Below are positions 14,401 through 27,100 of a stretch of DNA of 64,000 bases, piece after piece. Made by a program: the position numbers and the translations under genes. Below the pieces are notes generated by a model. That model searched no databases. It worked only from the letters and a program-made list of their open reading frames with translations, and had not been told where the DNA came from. Position 1 is the first letter of the stretch. Every line of letters starts with the position of its first letter. The DNA lies in NCBI GenBank assembly GCA_977016875.1, contig CDRNST010000233.1:6510001-6574000 (forward strand), read 5' to 3'. Origin of the DNA: Pavona decussata. Lineage: Eukaryota.

Positions 14401-17400
14401 TGCACGTGGTAGTGATTTCGGATGGGCCCAAATTCAGACATCCGTCCACGTCATAGCGCGTGACTACGAACAATGAACAAAAGAACTGAAATATCATGTC
14501 GCTGTCGCAATAAGTTAAATGAGAAAAGCAAAACTTTCTCTATTCCTCAGTTGCTTCATTTTGAGTATTAAACAATCCCATTCATGCTTTCGTCCACACA
14601 GTTTTCTTCCTGTGCACACGAAAACAACTGAGGAATACTGAGAGAAATCGCGAGAAGGTTAACCTTTCTGTATTGACGTCACAGCCCTACCATCCCCAGT
14701 CTCCCGTCTTGAGCGGTATCATACCCAACCGGAAGTGAAATTTGACACTTTTATTCGCCTCGAACGCGAGGAAGAAAAAAATTGTCATATACACTTAAAA
14801 TTAAACACTGTAACATGCAGTTTATCTTTATGTAAATTCATCTATTTTTGTTGTCCTTTCCCATTCTTCAGACATTGTGACTATCCATTCTGAGCGTTCG
14901 TGCTGCTTCACAAAAGCGTAAGTGATTTTTNNNNNNNNNNNNNNNNNNNNNNNNNNNNNNNNNNNNNNNNNNNNNNNNNNNNNNNNNNNNNNNNNNNNNN
15001 NNNNNNNNNNNNNNNNNNNNNNNNNNNNNNNNNNNNNNNNNNNNNNNNNNNNNNNNNNNNNNNNNNNNNNNNNNNNNNNNNNNNNNNNNNNNNNNNNNNN
15101 NNNNNNNNNNNNNNNNNNNNNNNNNNNNNNNNNNNNNNNNNNNNNNNNNNNNNNNNNNNNNNNNNNNNAACACGATAGGGTTTAAAGCTCAGAGCTTGTG
15201 GGGTCGTGTGAAAATAATTACAATATGAAATACTTCAGGTCCTACTTTTTGAGTAAGTGAGAACTCACCTAATTCCGTTCAAGTTTCATTCACACTTTGA
15301 ACTCGTCTATTTCTTATATGTTTTCCTCGTGTAGATATGGCCATTATGCCGAGGGAACTGGCTCTGTGCTCAAGATGGCGGATATTGATGTAAGATACGC
15401 ACTTGCTATTTCAATATGATGCATTTACGTACATTTGCAGTAGAGATGCAAGGCTTGTAGCATTGTTTCCTTGTCAAGAATCGCCCCTTCCCGTTACAAA
15501 AACGTCAATAATATTCCAATACGATGTGTTCATCTATGCTTATCACAAACGCTCGTTAGCTTGCAGGCGCTTGAGTAACTTTTATGAACGCCCTTAAAGG
15601 ATAACTCTTTGCCTGGTTCTGGGCTCAAACCACTAAAATGAGGGGAGAGGGGAGGGGGTTCCTTTCGTCTTGCCCTCTTTGGTTATTAGCGTCATCCTTG
15701 ATCAACGCAATTACCAAAGATAATAGGGAACAACGCCGCAAAACAATAGGTTTAATGAGCAAAGACGATCGCTCTGCACGTTTGTTTTAAATTGTGGTAC
15801 ATTTCTTGGCCGTCCTCTGCAAAACATCAACGTGTACTGACCAAATTCTAGGTTTTGTGAAGAACGTGAGCACACGACGGTGAATTTTTCATTCTCTATC
15901 TTAACTCGAACGCCACTCCTACCAATTTCGTTCCTGGATAGTTCGCTGTTTTTGTACAAGTTGAGCAAGTTGAAATAATCGCGAAGTAGCACATATAAAA
16001 TGAAGTTATATTTCAAGTGACGTTTTCGTTGGCGTTGCCGTCCTCGCTTAAGTTCCCTATGCGCGTGGTTTGCCCGCTTTACTGTCACTTGGAAAAATAA
16101 GGGACAATCCCGCTCTATCCACTCCGCTTCTCAGCTCCTCAGCAGTTTTGTATCCTCTTCATGTTTTGATCGACGTACTCAAATAACTTAGCGATCCAAC
16201 TCGGCCAAAGTAAAACTGGAGCGAAATATGGGAACTTTTCACGGCGAATTCATTTCAAATAAAAGCCTCCCCGACACCATAGCTGAAAATTCTCTCATTT
16301 GTCATGTGCATGGAAGCTACCAGATGGTTGATTTTTATATCTTTTCCTCTTTTCAGGACACAGAAATCTTTAATACATACAGAGATCTTACGGACGACAA
16401 ACACAAGTCCCAGTTGCTGTCCGTGTTGAAGTTGAGGTACTTCACTCCACGCGAGGTTGCTAATCTACACGGCTTTCCTGAGGAATTTTGTAAGTTAGGA
16501 TCTTAACCTGTTTGGCTGCACTTTGCGTAGAAAACAGTAAAATTCAAGGTTATCGGGAGTTGGGATCCGCCTATGCATTTTATCTAAAACAATGATGACC
16601 ACTGTTGCATTTATACGAGAACAATTTTTCTATGTATAAGAGTCTTAATCCGTCTTATAACGCGTCAGACTGTTGTGAAGGTGGTTTGAATATTCGTCTC
16701 TGTGTCGTGTTGTCTCCAGGCAAAAGCTCTGCCTTACATTATCACTCTCTTTCCAAATTCCAATTCAGTTTGGATTCTCACCAAGCATTTTATCATGAGT
16801 CTCTTGCTACGGAGATTGCGCAAGCACTCCCTGTGTTAAATAAATCAAATAAATAAGTGAGCGGTTGTTATCGTTTAAATTATAGAAGAAGAAGAAAAAC
16901 AACAACAACAACAACATAAACAACGACAACGAAATCCTATGATGGACTAGAATCTTATCTATGTGGAGTGGTAAATTTCCTAAATGCCTCATGAATGCTA
17001 TTCTTTCATGTATTCCACGATTCGTCAAGGCAATAGAAGGCCCTTCCAGAGGTAAAAGCGTGACTCTATACCAAACGACAGAGGCGGCAGAGAGAGTAAC
17101 AGAGTTTGCCAAAAACAATGAAATGAAAAAGTTGGTATAGGTTCATGTGTTAGCGGCCGGGTCGTGACGGCGAATCGGTCCACTGTAAACACCCCTGGTC
17201 TAACCCTAGCAGCCGGCAACGATGAAAGGCGGGTGTATTAGTGGATTTTAATGGCTAAAAGTACATATAAATGCACATCATAAATTGTAAGAGCTTAACA
17301 AACTTGGTACTTTCGGAAAGTTTGAGCGTGGTATGCTAAATAGTCTTTTTTTTGTTTTGTTTTTTTTTTGTTAAGTGTCGAGATATATACAAAGAATGTA

Positions 17401-18080
17401 CACCCAGCCTTAGATTCTTTATAAATTTCACAGTATTTGAAAGCTTAAGTCTCTCAGAGTATTCAGGATATCACACTAATATTAACACTGATTGATGTTC
17501 TTTTGTCCGTTGCTTGTTGTTTGATATTTCTACTAATGAGGCAAAATGGCAACAATGACATTCAGGGAAGATTCTCCTTTTGTCAAGGTTTGAAAGCCTT
17601 TAGTTTGTTAGGGAAGTGGTCAAAACTACTATACTCAAACTGGACCCACCAAACCCCAAAATAGATGGTGGCCTCTGCTTGCAGCTCCCCTCCCTCAACC
17701 TCAAAAGATGGTGTCTTTATTGCATAGCTACCCCTCTATCCAGCATTAAAAAATGACAATGAGATTCAAACCTCAATTTTCATGTTTATCTAGCAATGCT
17801 GACTCTTGCTAGCTGAATATTTCTGTGTCAACTCAAGTTTTAAAGCCAGTAATATTTTATTGGTAATGTTTATGAGATAGGTGGTGTCTTCGATAACCCC
17901 CTACCCCAGACAAGGTGGGCTCTCTACAAACACACTTATTATGACCAGTTCCCTGTTGTATTTGTTTCAGGCTTCCCGCCGTCTGTGTCAGTCAAACAAC
18001 AGTATCGCCTGCTGGGAAACAGTCTTAATGTTCACGTGGTATCTGAGCTAATGAACTGTCTGTTCCAGTCTCCCACGTGA
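1754..18080 (+). CDS. TRDMT1: tRNA (cytosine-5)-methyltransferase DNMT2/TRDMT1, 13 coding exons, about 425 aa
   Basis: Exons 1754-1823, 4935-5044, 6059-6135, 6996-7067, 7954-8019, 8920-8965, 9558-9581, 11504-11587, 13275-13659, 14872-14917, 15335-15389, 16357-16489, 17971-18080. All GT-AG, phases consistent, total 1278 nt. Motifs: [10 protein letters not shown] (I), SPPCQPFTR (IV, catalytic Cys), MENVKGF (VI), [10 protein letters not shown] (VIII), DNMT2-specific [30 protein letters not shown] (IX), [10 protein letters not shown] (X). Confidence 0.95.
4604..4753. repeat. Short GGATAA-rich MITE-like repeat (related copies at about 518-645 and 61546-61669)
   Basis: Imperfect terminal inverted repeats (cc-g-g-ttgttcaaa ... 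tttgaacaacc-gggccag) with internal ttatcc/ggataa motifs. Confidence 0.55.
5467..5633. mobile_element. Fold-back MITE with TGT...ACA ends and 4-bp TSD (Ginger-like hallmarks)
   Basis: About 59-bp perfect TIR tgttgtaggttaaaatgaatcccagg... / ...cctgggattcattttaacctacaaca; taca duplicated at 5463-5466 and 5634-5637. Confidence 0.7.
9635..10118. mobile_element. MITE with long TIRs (diverged copy of the family at 22313-22710)
   Basis: aatagcccttatcatggttttcgatgcaattttgacgag... / ...ctcatcaaaatggcgtcaaaaaccgtgataaggcccatt; internal sequence matches the 22.3-kb copy in inverted orientation. Confidence 0.75.
11421..11450. repeat. (TTG)n microsatellite
   Basis: About 10 tandem ttg units. Confidence 0.9.
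11855..12413. mobile_element. Non-autonomous Polinton/Maverick-like mini element nested in another repeat
   Basis: About 65-bp TIRs ((g/a)gtagtttcttggtgttgcggatcacc... / ...ggtgatccgcaacactaagaaactact), 6-bp TSD cagaga at 11849-11854 and 12414-12419, and internal direct/inverted arrays of actgacaaaccgacaaa and ctaggtggctttactg. Confidence 0.7.
13931..14799. mobile_element. TTAA-flanked non-autonomous DNA element (Kolobok/piggyBac-like) containing a nested hammerhead-bearing insertion
   Basis: ttaaaggtgtatatgaca... / ...tgtcatatacacttaa termini plus subterminal IR (gaggcgtataaaagcgtcaaatttcacttc / gaagtgaaatttgacacttttattcgcctc). Confidence 0.55.
14306..14350 (-). ncRNA. Type I hammerhead ribozyme motif (probably inactivated), retrozyme/Penelope-like
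   Basis: Minus strand: accgtg-CTGACGA-gagc(caacca)gctc-GAAA-cagctg-CC-cacggt. Stems I and II pair perfectly and stem III is palindromic; the conserved U of the NUH cleavage triplet is C. Confidence 0.7.
15732..16059 (-). repeat. Dispersed MITE-like repeat family (copies at about 11700-12660, interrupted, and 36295-36658)
   Basis: Shared internal sequence (ggcgttcaagtt...aatgaaaa...ggtcatttcacg...gcagaggacggc) and tagggagcttaag-type termini. Confidence 0.75.
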
Positions 18081-18113
18081 AGTTAAAGTCACGGACACCG
18101 AAAGATTTCATAA

Positions 18114-18358
18114 GAATAGGCAAATTTTACAGTTGTGTGCTTAGTGACCTGGCCTTGGGTTGGAAGCGAGGCTGGGGTGACCTTTTTTTGATACAAACCT
18201 CACTACTTTTCATACGTAAATGCAAACTAGTCAGCATAAGAACAGCATGATCTACATATGAAAAGTAGAGAGGTTTTGTATCAAAACGAGGTCACTCACA
18301 GCCTCGCTTACAATCCAAGGCCAGGTCACTTAGCATACAACTATGAAATGAGCTATTC
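18114..18358. mobile_element. Fold-back element in the predicted TRDMT1 3' UTR
   Basis: Near-continuous imperfect palindrome (agttgtgtgcttagtgacctggccttgg / ccaaggccaggtcacttagcatacaact; tttgatacaaacctc / gaggttttgtatcaaaa) lying between the stop codon (18080) and AATAAA (18405-18410). Confidence 0.75.
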
Positions 18359-18404
18359 ACATGTTATTAACATGCAGGATACACGTATATCGCAAAGTTT
18401 TCTA

Positions 18405-18410
18405 AATAAA
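18405..18410 (+). terminator. Candidate polyadenylation signal of TRDMT1
   Basis: First AATAAA downstream of the stop codon, followed by GT-rich sequence. Confidence 0.45.
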
Positions 18411-18469
18411 CTGCATTAAGAATCAGTCTTTGCGGTCCTGTGTAATTGTAGTTTGTTCGAGACGGAGTC

Positions 18470-18654
18470 TATAAAGCTTCTTCCAAAATGGCTTCCGTTT
18501 TAATGCTCTTGCTTGCATTCAAATTAGCCCTTCTTGCCTCGCTCAAGGTAAAATTTTCTTTTGATTTTTGAGCTTACGAACGAGGTACGAAGGGCTAACT
18601 TGAATACCAACAAAAGACTATTAAAATGGAAGCCATTTTGGAGTAAGGTCCATA
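18470..18654. mobile_element. Fold-back MITE
   Basis: ccaaaatggcttcc-gttttaat...attcaaattagcccttc / gaagggctaacttgaat...attaaaatggaagccattttgg. Confidence 0.7.
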
Positions 18655-18836
18655 ACAATAGGCAATTTCCGAGTTGCTGTGAACTTCTTTATGAAAGCGA
18701 GGCTAAGTGCAAAAGCTTTTCATATGAAAATTAGTTTTGTTTGCACATGAATGAAAACTAATTTTCATAATAAAAATTTTGCACTTAGCCTCGCTTTCAT
18801 AATGAGGTTCACAGCAACTCGGAAATGGCCTATTGT
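18655..18836. mobile_element. Fold-back MITE (related copy at about 55293-55420)
   Basis: aataggcaatttccgagttgctgtgaac...atgaaagcgaggctaagtgcaaaa / ttttgcacttagcctcgctttcat...gttcacagcaactcggaaatggcctatt. Confidence 0.8.
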
Positions 18837-20749
18837 TTTCACACATTCGTTATTGCAGCTTTAGTTCCCAATTGTGGTCATTTGACACTTTATCATGTTG
18901 TGGCTTCCAGATAAGATAAGATAACATAACATAACTTTATTATATCACATTCAGGATATCTCTAACAAAAAATAAAAAAAAAACTTTTTACAAAATTATT
19001 ACAATCACGTGGTAAAAAATAAAAATATATCAGTGCAAGCTTACAAGATCTATAGGCTATAAAAAACAAGAAAGCGATGGAATTAAAACAAGATATTTTT
19101 CCGCATGGCAACATCGCGATTAGCCAATAAGTAATTTACATGTTCACTTTTATCGCTTATTCTATTGAAAATTTGTTCCGATAGTTCCCAGAATCCATTA
19201 GCTTACAGTCTTCAAAAACATTCACTAGCTTTCCATGATCGCGTTCAGTCTGAATTACTGCCGAAAACGAATCAACTTTTTTCTTCAATGCTCAATTTTG
19301 TTCCAGTTAAGTAATTTACACATCCGATCCTGGCACTAAGGATGAACAGTTCGCCAGGGCCACTCCACGGACTGCCAACAACTGCATGTGAGAAGTGAAG
19401 AGGGTCGAACTAGGCTTTTCACGAGAGAAAATTTTACAGTGAAATCTGAAAGGGCATTGAAAGAGATTGTTTCAACAGTTTGGCCGAGGTTCTACTTTGG
19501 AAGTTACACCACAAAATGTAATAACTGGGACAAAAAGTTATTAATAGTAACGGAAAATGTAATAACTTTTGACGCAAAATGTAATAGCAAGGCGAAATGT
19601 AATAACCTGGCACAGAATGTAATATCAAAAGACGCCTGGAGGCGTTCACGCTGGCTATTTTGGTCGATGCAAGCATTATATCTGAATGAGCAGTGTTACA
19701 AGCTGTTTATACGTACAAATAAATAACCAAAGGCAATCATTGGTGAACTGTTGGATAGAAGTAGTTTTCACTTGGCATTTGGATGACAGACATGGAAGGC
19801 TCTCTTGAATACTTAGATGAGAAAGTGCTTTGATTTGAAATATTTGGTGAAAACATTGAACAAAATGCAAGCAAATATAATATTGCACAGCCACTCCATT
19901 GTATCGAATTGGATTGCTCAATAAAGAAAAACAGGCTAAAAGCTTTCCTTAATAAAAAATTTATTCAGATAAGCATTTATTTACGTGTAAAAAGCGAACA
20001 GGTGCTATTTTCCTGTAAGCTTACATGTAAAAAGAAAACGCGTACAAGACCTACAAATATACGCCCAAATTATCCATTCCGGATTGGTCAGTGTTTGCTG
20101 AAGACAATTAGAGGGCAAAGATATTCTTTTAGGGGAGATGAGAGTCTAATCCACGTTTACAAATAGATAAATATGAGAATTTGTGACTAAGATAAATGAA
20201 GAAACGATAGGCGACCGAAACCTAGACGCGGTCTGACACAGGCGTCCCGAGTAACAAGTAACGCGAAATGTAATAACACAAAATTAATATGCTAATTTTC
20301 AGTGGCCCTTATATTACAGTATATTGGCATTTGAGTGGGTAGGGACACAACATGTGCAATGGGTGGTTTGCGGTGTCCAAAATATTATGAAAAAAAAAAT
20401 CAAGCTGTCTCCCTTGGTTTACTCAGTTCTAGTGGTAGTTATGATATAAATTTAAGCCGTGCTGCAGTTAAAGTTCAATTACTTTTTAATAGGGGTTTAT
20501 GAAATGCAGACGACTCCCTCAAAGATCGACTGTTGGGGTGTTTATCTTTGTCATTTTGTTTATCTGGTTGCCCATTGTTATGCGACTTCTCGGCCTTGTC
20601 AGCTTTCTGTTCACCCCAGGGAGAGTTTTGCCTCCCTCGCAACGCTCGTTGCGTGGCGAGACACAGAACGGCTGCGAGGCAGACTAGAGAGAGGTGGGTT
20701 CATTCAGTACTCAGACACCTCTGCAGTACTTGCTTCGAGATGATAATCC

Positions 20750-21760
20750 TTGCAATATATAGATATATAGAATTATTAAATTCTCAGCCTCGGATATTGC
20801 ATTTCTAGCGTTCTGATTGGTTCACTAAATCCCGGTTGTCAGCTCATATACCGTAGTTTGACCTTACATGGAAAACGGATGCCCCAGGTGTCGCTAAGCT
20901 AAATTTTTTTTCGGCGGGAAGAGAAAGTTTCTTGGGAAAAATGTAGAAAAAAAAAGAACAGGAAGAAATACCAAACAATGCTTAAAAATTTCAGGATGGC
21001 TTGCAAATCCTGGCGGTAAGAGGTTAAAACCGATCGAAGAAATTTCTCAAGAAGAGCTTGATACTTGCCTTTATTGTTTCTACGCATTTACGAGGACTCC
21101 AGTTACAAAAGTTCATCTATGAAATCCGTACGAGCGTCGGCCATAATGTTCGTTTCCGTCGCTCGGCACCACTCAGCAAAACATTTGCACAAACGTGCAC
21201 AGCTCTTACGCTTCTCGATAAGCTTGAAGTTTAAAAACTTGCACTGAATGCTTGGCTCAGTGAGGTTGTACCTCGTACGCTTGGACTTGCCTTAAGTGTT
21301 TTAAAACGTCTGCGAGGAATTCAGTTCAGCGTAAAAAAAGCCGTCCTTGATCTCTTCGTTCGCTCGGCACCACACAGCAAAACATTTGCTCAAATGTGCA
21401 CAACTATTACGCTTCTCGATGAGCTGGAACTTCAAAAGCACTTGAATGCTTGCCTCAGAAAGGTGGTAACTCGTACATTAAACGTTTCTTCAATTTGAGA
21501 TGTCCGACTGTGTCCGATCTTCTTCGCTTTCGATTTTTCATTCAACTGTTTGCAACTGGAGCTGCCCGTGTCATGTGATCATTAAGTTTCGCGCGCTTTG
21601 GTCGGAAGTTGCCTCAACATACGGTCGTTAAAAAAAATTTTTACTTAAAATAAAATTCTGTTAACTTCAACAGCAAAACCCAAACGCGGAGAATTTAATG
21701 AAACAATTATTCCATTCGCGCTTGTTGGATATGAGATTGGTTATAGCCAACTCGGCGCTT

Positions 21761-21792
<32 letters not shown>

Positions 21793-21823
21793 TAACGCGC
21801 GCTCATGGAATAATTGTTAAATA
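20750..21823 (-). mobile_element. Hairpin-ended non-autonomous element (terminal palindrome plus asymmetric inverted repeat)
   Basis: About 120-bp palindrome at 21701-21820, nearly identical to 50998-51118 in the opposite orientation; 11-bp IR 20775-20785 / 21689-21699; internal about 130-bp tandem duplication in 21155-21480. Confidence 0.6.
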
Positions 21824-22312
21824 TCTAATATTCTTCATAAAGGCCCTTGAAAATACAGTAACTATTACAATTTGTGCTATTACAATTTCGTGTTACTTTC
21901 TGTTTTAAATTTAGGGTGCGTTCAAATATTTGCCTGCGAACGCAGACGTGTTTCCGGATGGCGGAGGGAAGCGACAGCCGGAAATACATCTGCGTTCGCA
22001 GGCTAGCGTTCGATTGGATTCCGGAATAGGAATACATACAGTGATGACAAGAAATTCCTGCACAAGAGGTTTTTTCGGAGTTACTGGAGTACAAAATCAT
22101 TCTCAACTTATCATGTGTCAGCGAAAGTTTGCAGAAAATGTCTTCCCAAATGTACTTTATTCCGCTTATTCTTATTCGGCCGGAATACAGTTCGGTTTGA
22201 ACGCAGCTGAACGCGACCTTATAGTGTCAAAAGTTATAACATTTTGCGGTAACGACGGTAATTTCGTTTTGTTCCAAACGTTTTTTACATTTTGCGTCAA
22301 AAGTAATTATTT

Positions 22313-22710
22313 ATAGGCCTTATCACGGTTTTCGACGCCATTTTGACGAGTAGGCAAACACGTCTGAAATAACAGTGTTTGTATGGGAATCCGATGTCAA
22401 ATAATTTTCATAATTTCCATACATTTCCCTGTATTTTTTCCCGCGAACTATTTTTAGTAGCAGTTCACGGGTGGTAGACAAATGTATGGAAAGTTCAAAA
22501 CACGACTGGACGCTTTCTGGCACAGCTTCATCCCTCCAATTTTTTTTTCTAAAAATCCTTTTCCTAATGCCAAAAGTTTCCAATTCATGAATTTTTCAGA
22601 AGCGATGTTTTATGAAAATGATTTGACATCGGATTTCCATACAAACACTGTTATTTCAGACGTGTTTGCCTACTCGTCAAAATGGCGTCGAAAACCGTGC
22701 TAAGGCCTAT
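22313..22710. mobile_element. MITE with about 100-bp near-perfect TIRs
   Basis: ataggccttatcacggttttcgacgccattttgacgagtaggcaaacacgtctgaaataacagtgtttgtatgg... mirrored at the right end. This explains the two opposite-strand ORFs that share an identical C-terminus. Confidence 0.85.
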
Positions 22711-24194
22711 TGTAATACTATAGGAAGTAATATGAACTTTATTTTCAGAAACAGTTACGGAAGGAGATTTTGCGAGGAACGTTGCACGCAAATATTACGC
22801 TAACGTTAATTGTGCCCCGGCCTTTTCTCTGTTCTTCTTTCTCAGTTCTGATGAGTTGTACATCAATACTGATTTCATCTTTATACACAACTCATTATAA
22901 TTAGCAAGTTATAAGGTAACAATATCATTGATGAAAGTGATCTTTGTGAGTGTAAATCCCTGATACTGACATATCTGGGTCCAGCTGTATGTCTGCATAA
23001 TTCGCTGGAAGTTTTTTGTCACCCTGCCATCCTGCTTATTGTGAAATATTCATGAAGTACGGAGGCTAGGTAAAACTTTAAGACATTACAAAAACAAAGA
23101 AAAATTTATGAATATATTTTTTTGTGCGTAGTTACTCATACAACAACGTCAACTCGTGATTTTAATGTTGATCGGCTTATGAATGCATGTAGTTTTTAAA
23201 GATTTTCATTAGCACAGTTTGAAACTCATGGCTTGACTGAAAAAAGTGCGACTTTATGGAGTTTTAAGTGTGCCTCATTTTGACCTCATAAAACATTAAA
23301 ACGCCACTGCTTTTGAATAGTGCCAATATATACTCAATTTAATGACGAAGAAAGACTCCACAAATTTGAATGAAACGTAGACAGTTGCGTTTTTCTTCGA
23401 CAAAAATATCCGATACGTCGTACTAGTTTAATGTCCACAAGACAAAATGCTTGTTCCAAGATTCCCGTTTTTTGTTTTTGTTTTTTTTTTTCCCAACCTA
23501 TTCAGAAATGTCTTTGGCGAATTGAAAACAGTAATATTTGGCAGAAAAACACTCAAAGGGACCTCTATGAAATCCCAGCTTGAGATCTCTGTTGCTTAGG
23601 AACGGAATAATTTTGCCAAAAATGTAATGAAATTATTGATTTGTTCTACGTTCGCCCACTCTCAGCGCGTTTGTATTATTAAAGGAATCTAGCTTCACAT
23701 GCAAACACGATCTATCGTTTATCGCCTGTGTTGGATGGCGAAAGTAGAAGTGACAGAAAGTACTTTGTAGTCCCGGTATCAATCATTAAGTGCCAAACAT
23801 AACTTGTTATTATTTAAATCATGTTTGATGTACATGTTATCTGCGTGATATTTTGCGTAGGGACTGCTAGAGATCTCGTTGCTTTTGTAAACAGAAGAAA
23901 TTCCACAACTATTAAAATCGCTTTTCCTCCAATTTCAGTTGAAAATGTGATGGTATTTTCCACAAATGAGGCATTGTCTTGATGTAGAATCCATGAACTC
24001 GGCTAATGTTTGCAAGTTCGCGCGGAGAATTCACCTTTCACACATTAAAATTCATATTATAGTTTTCATGAGCGAGTAATTATTGCATCGGAAATGAGAT
24101 GTTTCTTGACCCCAGGGTAGAATTTCAATTTACAAGTTACGACGAATAGCATAAACCACGAAAAGGCAACAATTCGTTTTATCATAGTTGTGTA

Positions 24195-27100
24195 ATGGCT
24201 TTTTGCGATATTTTATTACTTCTTGCTTGGTTTATAGTAACCCATTTTAAAGGCATAACAACTCGTGAAAATGCAACTGTCAACATCGCAATATTTTACA
24301 ACGCTTCGGATCGTTATATGGGAAACATCCTTCAAACAGCAGAAGCCAAGTTTCTTGCTAGTCGGCGACAAAAAAATCAGCTGGGCGAATTTTTGAATGT
24401 GTATTTAAACCTGCGGTGGTTTAACGAGTCTGAGATAACTGGCAGCCAAACCGGTTTGAATAATTCGCTCTTCGATATGAGGAACATTTCCTCGCAAATT
24501 CAGGGTGCAATTTTTGTGGATATCAGCAGCAAATCCTTGTTTCTTTCGTCAATTTTTGAAACATCATCAATCCCAGTAGTTGGAATCTTTCAGAGTGGAG
24601 GACAGCCACGGACTCAGGTATGGCGATTATTTAAACGGTAGTTAAGAGCGTTTGCAATATTTTGGCAAAACGTTGTAAGAGGTGTTAAACTAATGCAAAA
24701 TTTTAAGACGACATTTTATTCCTGGTACAAGTAACAACAAAAAGCGTTCTGACTAAACCACAAAATGTGTTGCGTAAACTGCGTTATCAATAACAAATCA
24801 GTGACGATCTGTGCCAAAAAAAACGTGGTGAATATATAGATGTTCTGTTTGAAAGCTTTTTTTTCTTCTCCCTCAGCTCTAAGCTTAAAAATGGGCAATT
24901 TTTATTAAATAATTAGGATTTTCGAGGAAACGGTCACAAGTTGTTTTACAGGGACTGTATATATTGGTGGTCAAATTTGCTAAGGTACACGTTCATCTGT
25001 TCACATATTAGCGTCATTGTAAATTTTGTTATGAGTAAACGGCTCGGTTTGAACGCCTTAATTTACATTATCTATTTTCCATCATGATCAGGGATAAGCA
25101 ACTGTTATACTTTAGATAACTAGCATTTATAACGACGTCCCTTCGAGTCATATTTATAAGCCAAGCAGGGCCGCCGTGCCGAAAGAACAATGTTATATTG
25201 TCTAGTAAGATGGTGTTTTCCGTTTATGCCGTGAAGGCAGCAAAACAGTTGCATCTGAAATGCGTCTGCACTGACAAATGTACATTTGGAGCAAGTAGTC
25301 TAAGCGAATCAGGCTAGCTCGCTTTCAAAATGCATAACTGGTTGACAAATATTATATATAATAGGTTGTTGTGTATGTGAGAACAGTTTTAATTAATTAG
25401 AAGAAACGATTTGGTGCGCATGTTGTCAAACTGACTTCTTGATCTGGCGATAACAGTAAAAACTGCTTTCCTCGCTTTAAAAATCTCCGTTTACAGTTTC
25501 TCAACAACCGTTTGGGAAAAAGGATACACGGAAAATATTCGTATTAACATGAAAACAAGGCAAGAATACTCAGTGAAAGGTTTAGGAGGTTTGTCGCGAA
25601 AAAGCGCACACGTTTGCCAAGTTTTCGGAATTTTGATAAAAAGAGCACAACTTGTCAGCAAGCATGAAGTTGCCGTGCAAAGCAGGTGCAATGATTGTTA
25701 CCGAGTTTTCAAACGTTCTCGTATTTCTCTGTCCGAATGATCACCTCCGTGAAAATTTACCCTGGCAATCAAGGCGAACTAGATATAACCTGCTGAAAAT
25801 GGCATTGACTAATATGTCAATTTCTCAATTTCTCGATTGAATCTCTGAACATTAAATACACATTGTTGTCTTTCACACTTTCCGGCAAATTTACTTTGTA
25901 AATAGATGCTTTTATGTCATTGGTTATAAATTTTTAAGACTTTTAAAGTTGGACATTTAAAGATGTAATTTAAGGACGGTGTCAGGTTGTTCCTTTATGT
26001 TATTGTTAAATGATATTAAATTCAGGTAATTTAAGATAATGGAAGATTGTGCACGCGGTGCAAATTCTATTTCTCGATCACAGCCTCGTGTTTCTTGCTC
26101 TATCGTNNNNNNNNNNNNNNNNNNNNNNNNNNNNNNNNNNNNNNNNNNNNNNNNNNNNNNNNNNNNNNNNNNNNNNNNNNNNNNNNNNNNNNNNNNNNNN
26201 NNNNNNNNNNNNNNNNNNNNNNNNNNNNNNNNNNNNNNNNNNNNNNATTATATATTCAAAGATGAGCAGATGAGCGATATAGATTAAGTTATTTTCACTT
26301 AATTATGCAATCAGTTATCTCCACGTTTTAAAACGTATCAAGAAATGTTTTTCGGTTGTCCCCGAGCTGTTGGCATTCGCTATTCGAGCTGTTCGCTGAC
26401 CTCAGCTGGTAAATACTGAGTCAAAGAAAGACAGGAGAGAAAAAGAGCTAAGATCCAGTCTGCGATATGCCACTGAATGGTCAATTATGCGTCATATTAT
26501 TTTCCAAAAATAAGATGCTTTGGTGCCTGCGGCCTTTTTCTTTTCTTTTCTTCTTCTTTTTTTTTTTTCTGTTGTCTTTCACTTATTGTTTTCTCGATAA
26601 CCACAAGTTTATTTATTTAATTTTCAGGAGAGCCCAGGAGGTTTTAGTAGACTGGCATTGCCTTCAATCAAGCATTACGCGCAGGTCATTTCGGAAGTCA
26701 TGAAAAAGATGGAACTACGCAGCCTTTGCTTGATATTATCCGCTGACTCAGAGAGTAAGGAACTCGCGGACGCAATGTCTCTGCTGGCGAAAGTTGAGAA
26801 ATGGCTTATCAAGGAAATCCTATGGCTTGTCAGAAACGCTACTGTATCCCTGAAACTGGAGATCAAGTCTGTTATAGCAAAACAAAGCGACGTCGTCGTT
26901 GTACATAGTAGAGATACAGATAACGAACACTTGTTTCAAACTATAAAATCACTCAGTATTGATACAACTGAAACTCTCTGGGTATTGACGGACATCACGG
27001 AACATGGGATCCCACGTATTGAATGGCTCCCAGTCGGAATGATCAAAATAAGCGCAAGAAAACGGGAATCGTATCGCGACCAGAGTTTTTACGCAAATGC

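Noticed and set aside
20899-21480. Possible tyrosine-recombinase (Crypton) coding remnant
   Set aside because: Only scattered short motifs, with no continuous alignable frame by eye.
22323-22703. Two opposite-strand ORFs with identical C-termini
   Set aside because: Artefact of the long TIRs of a MITE.
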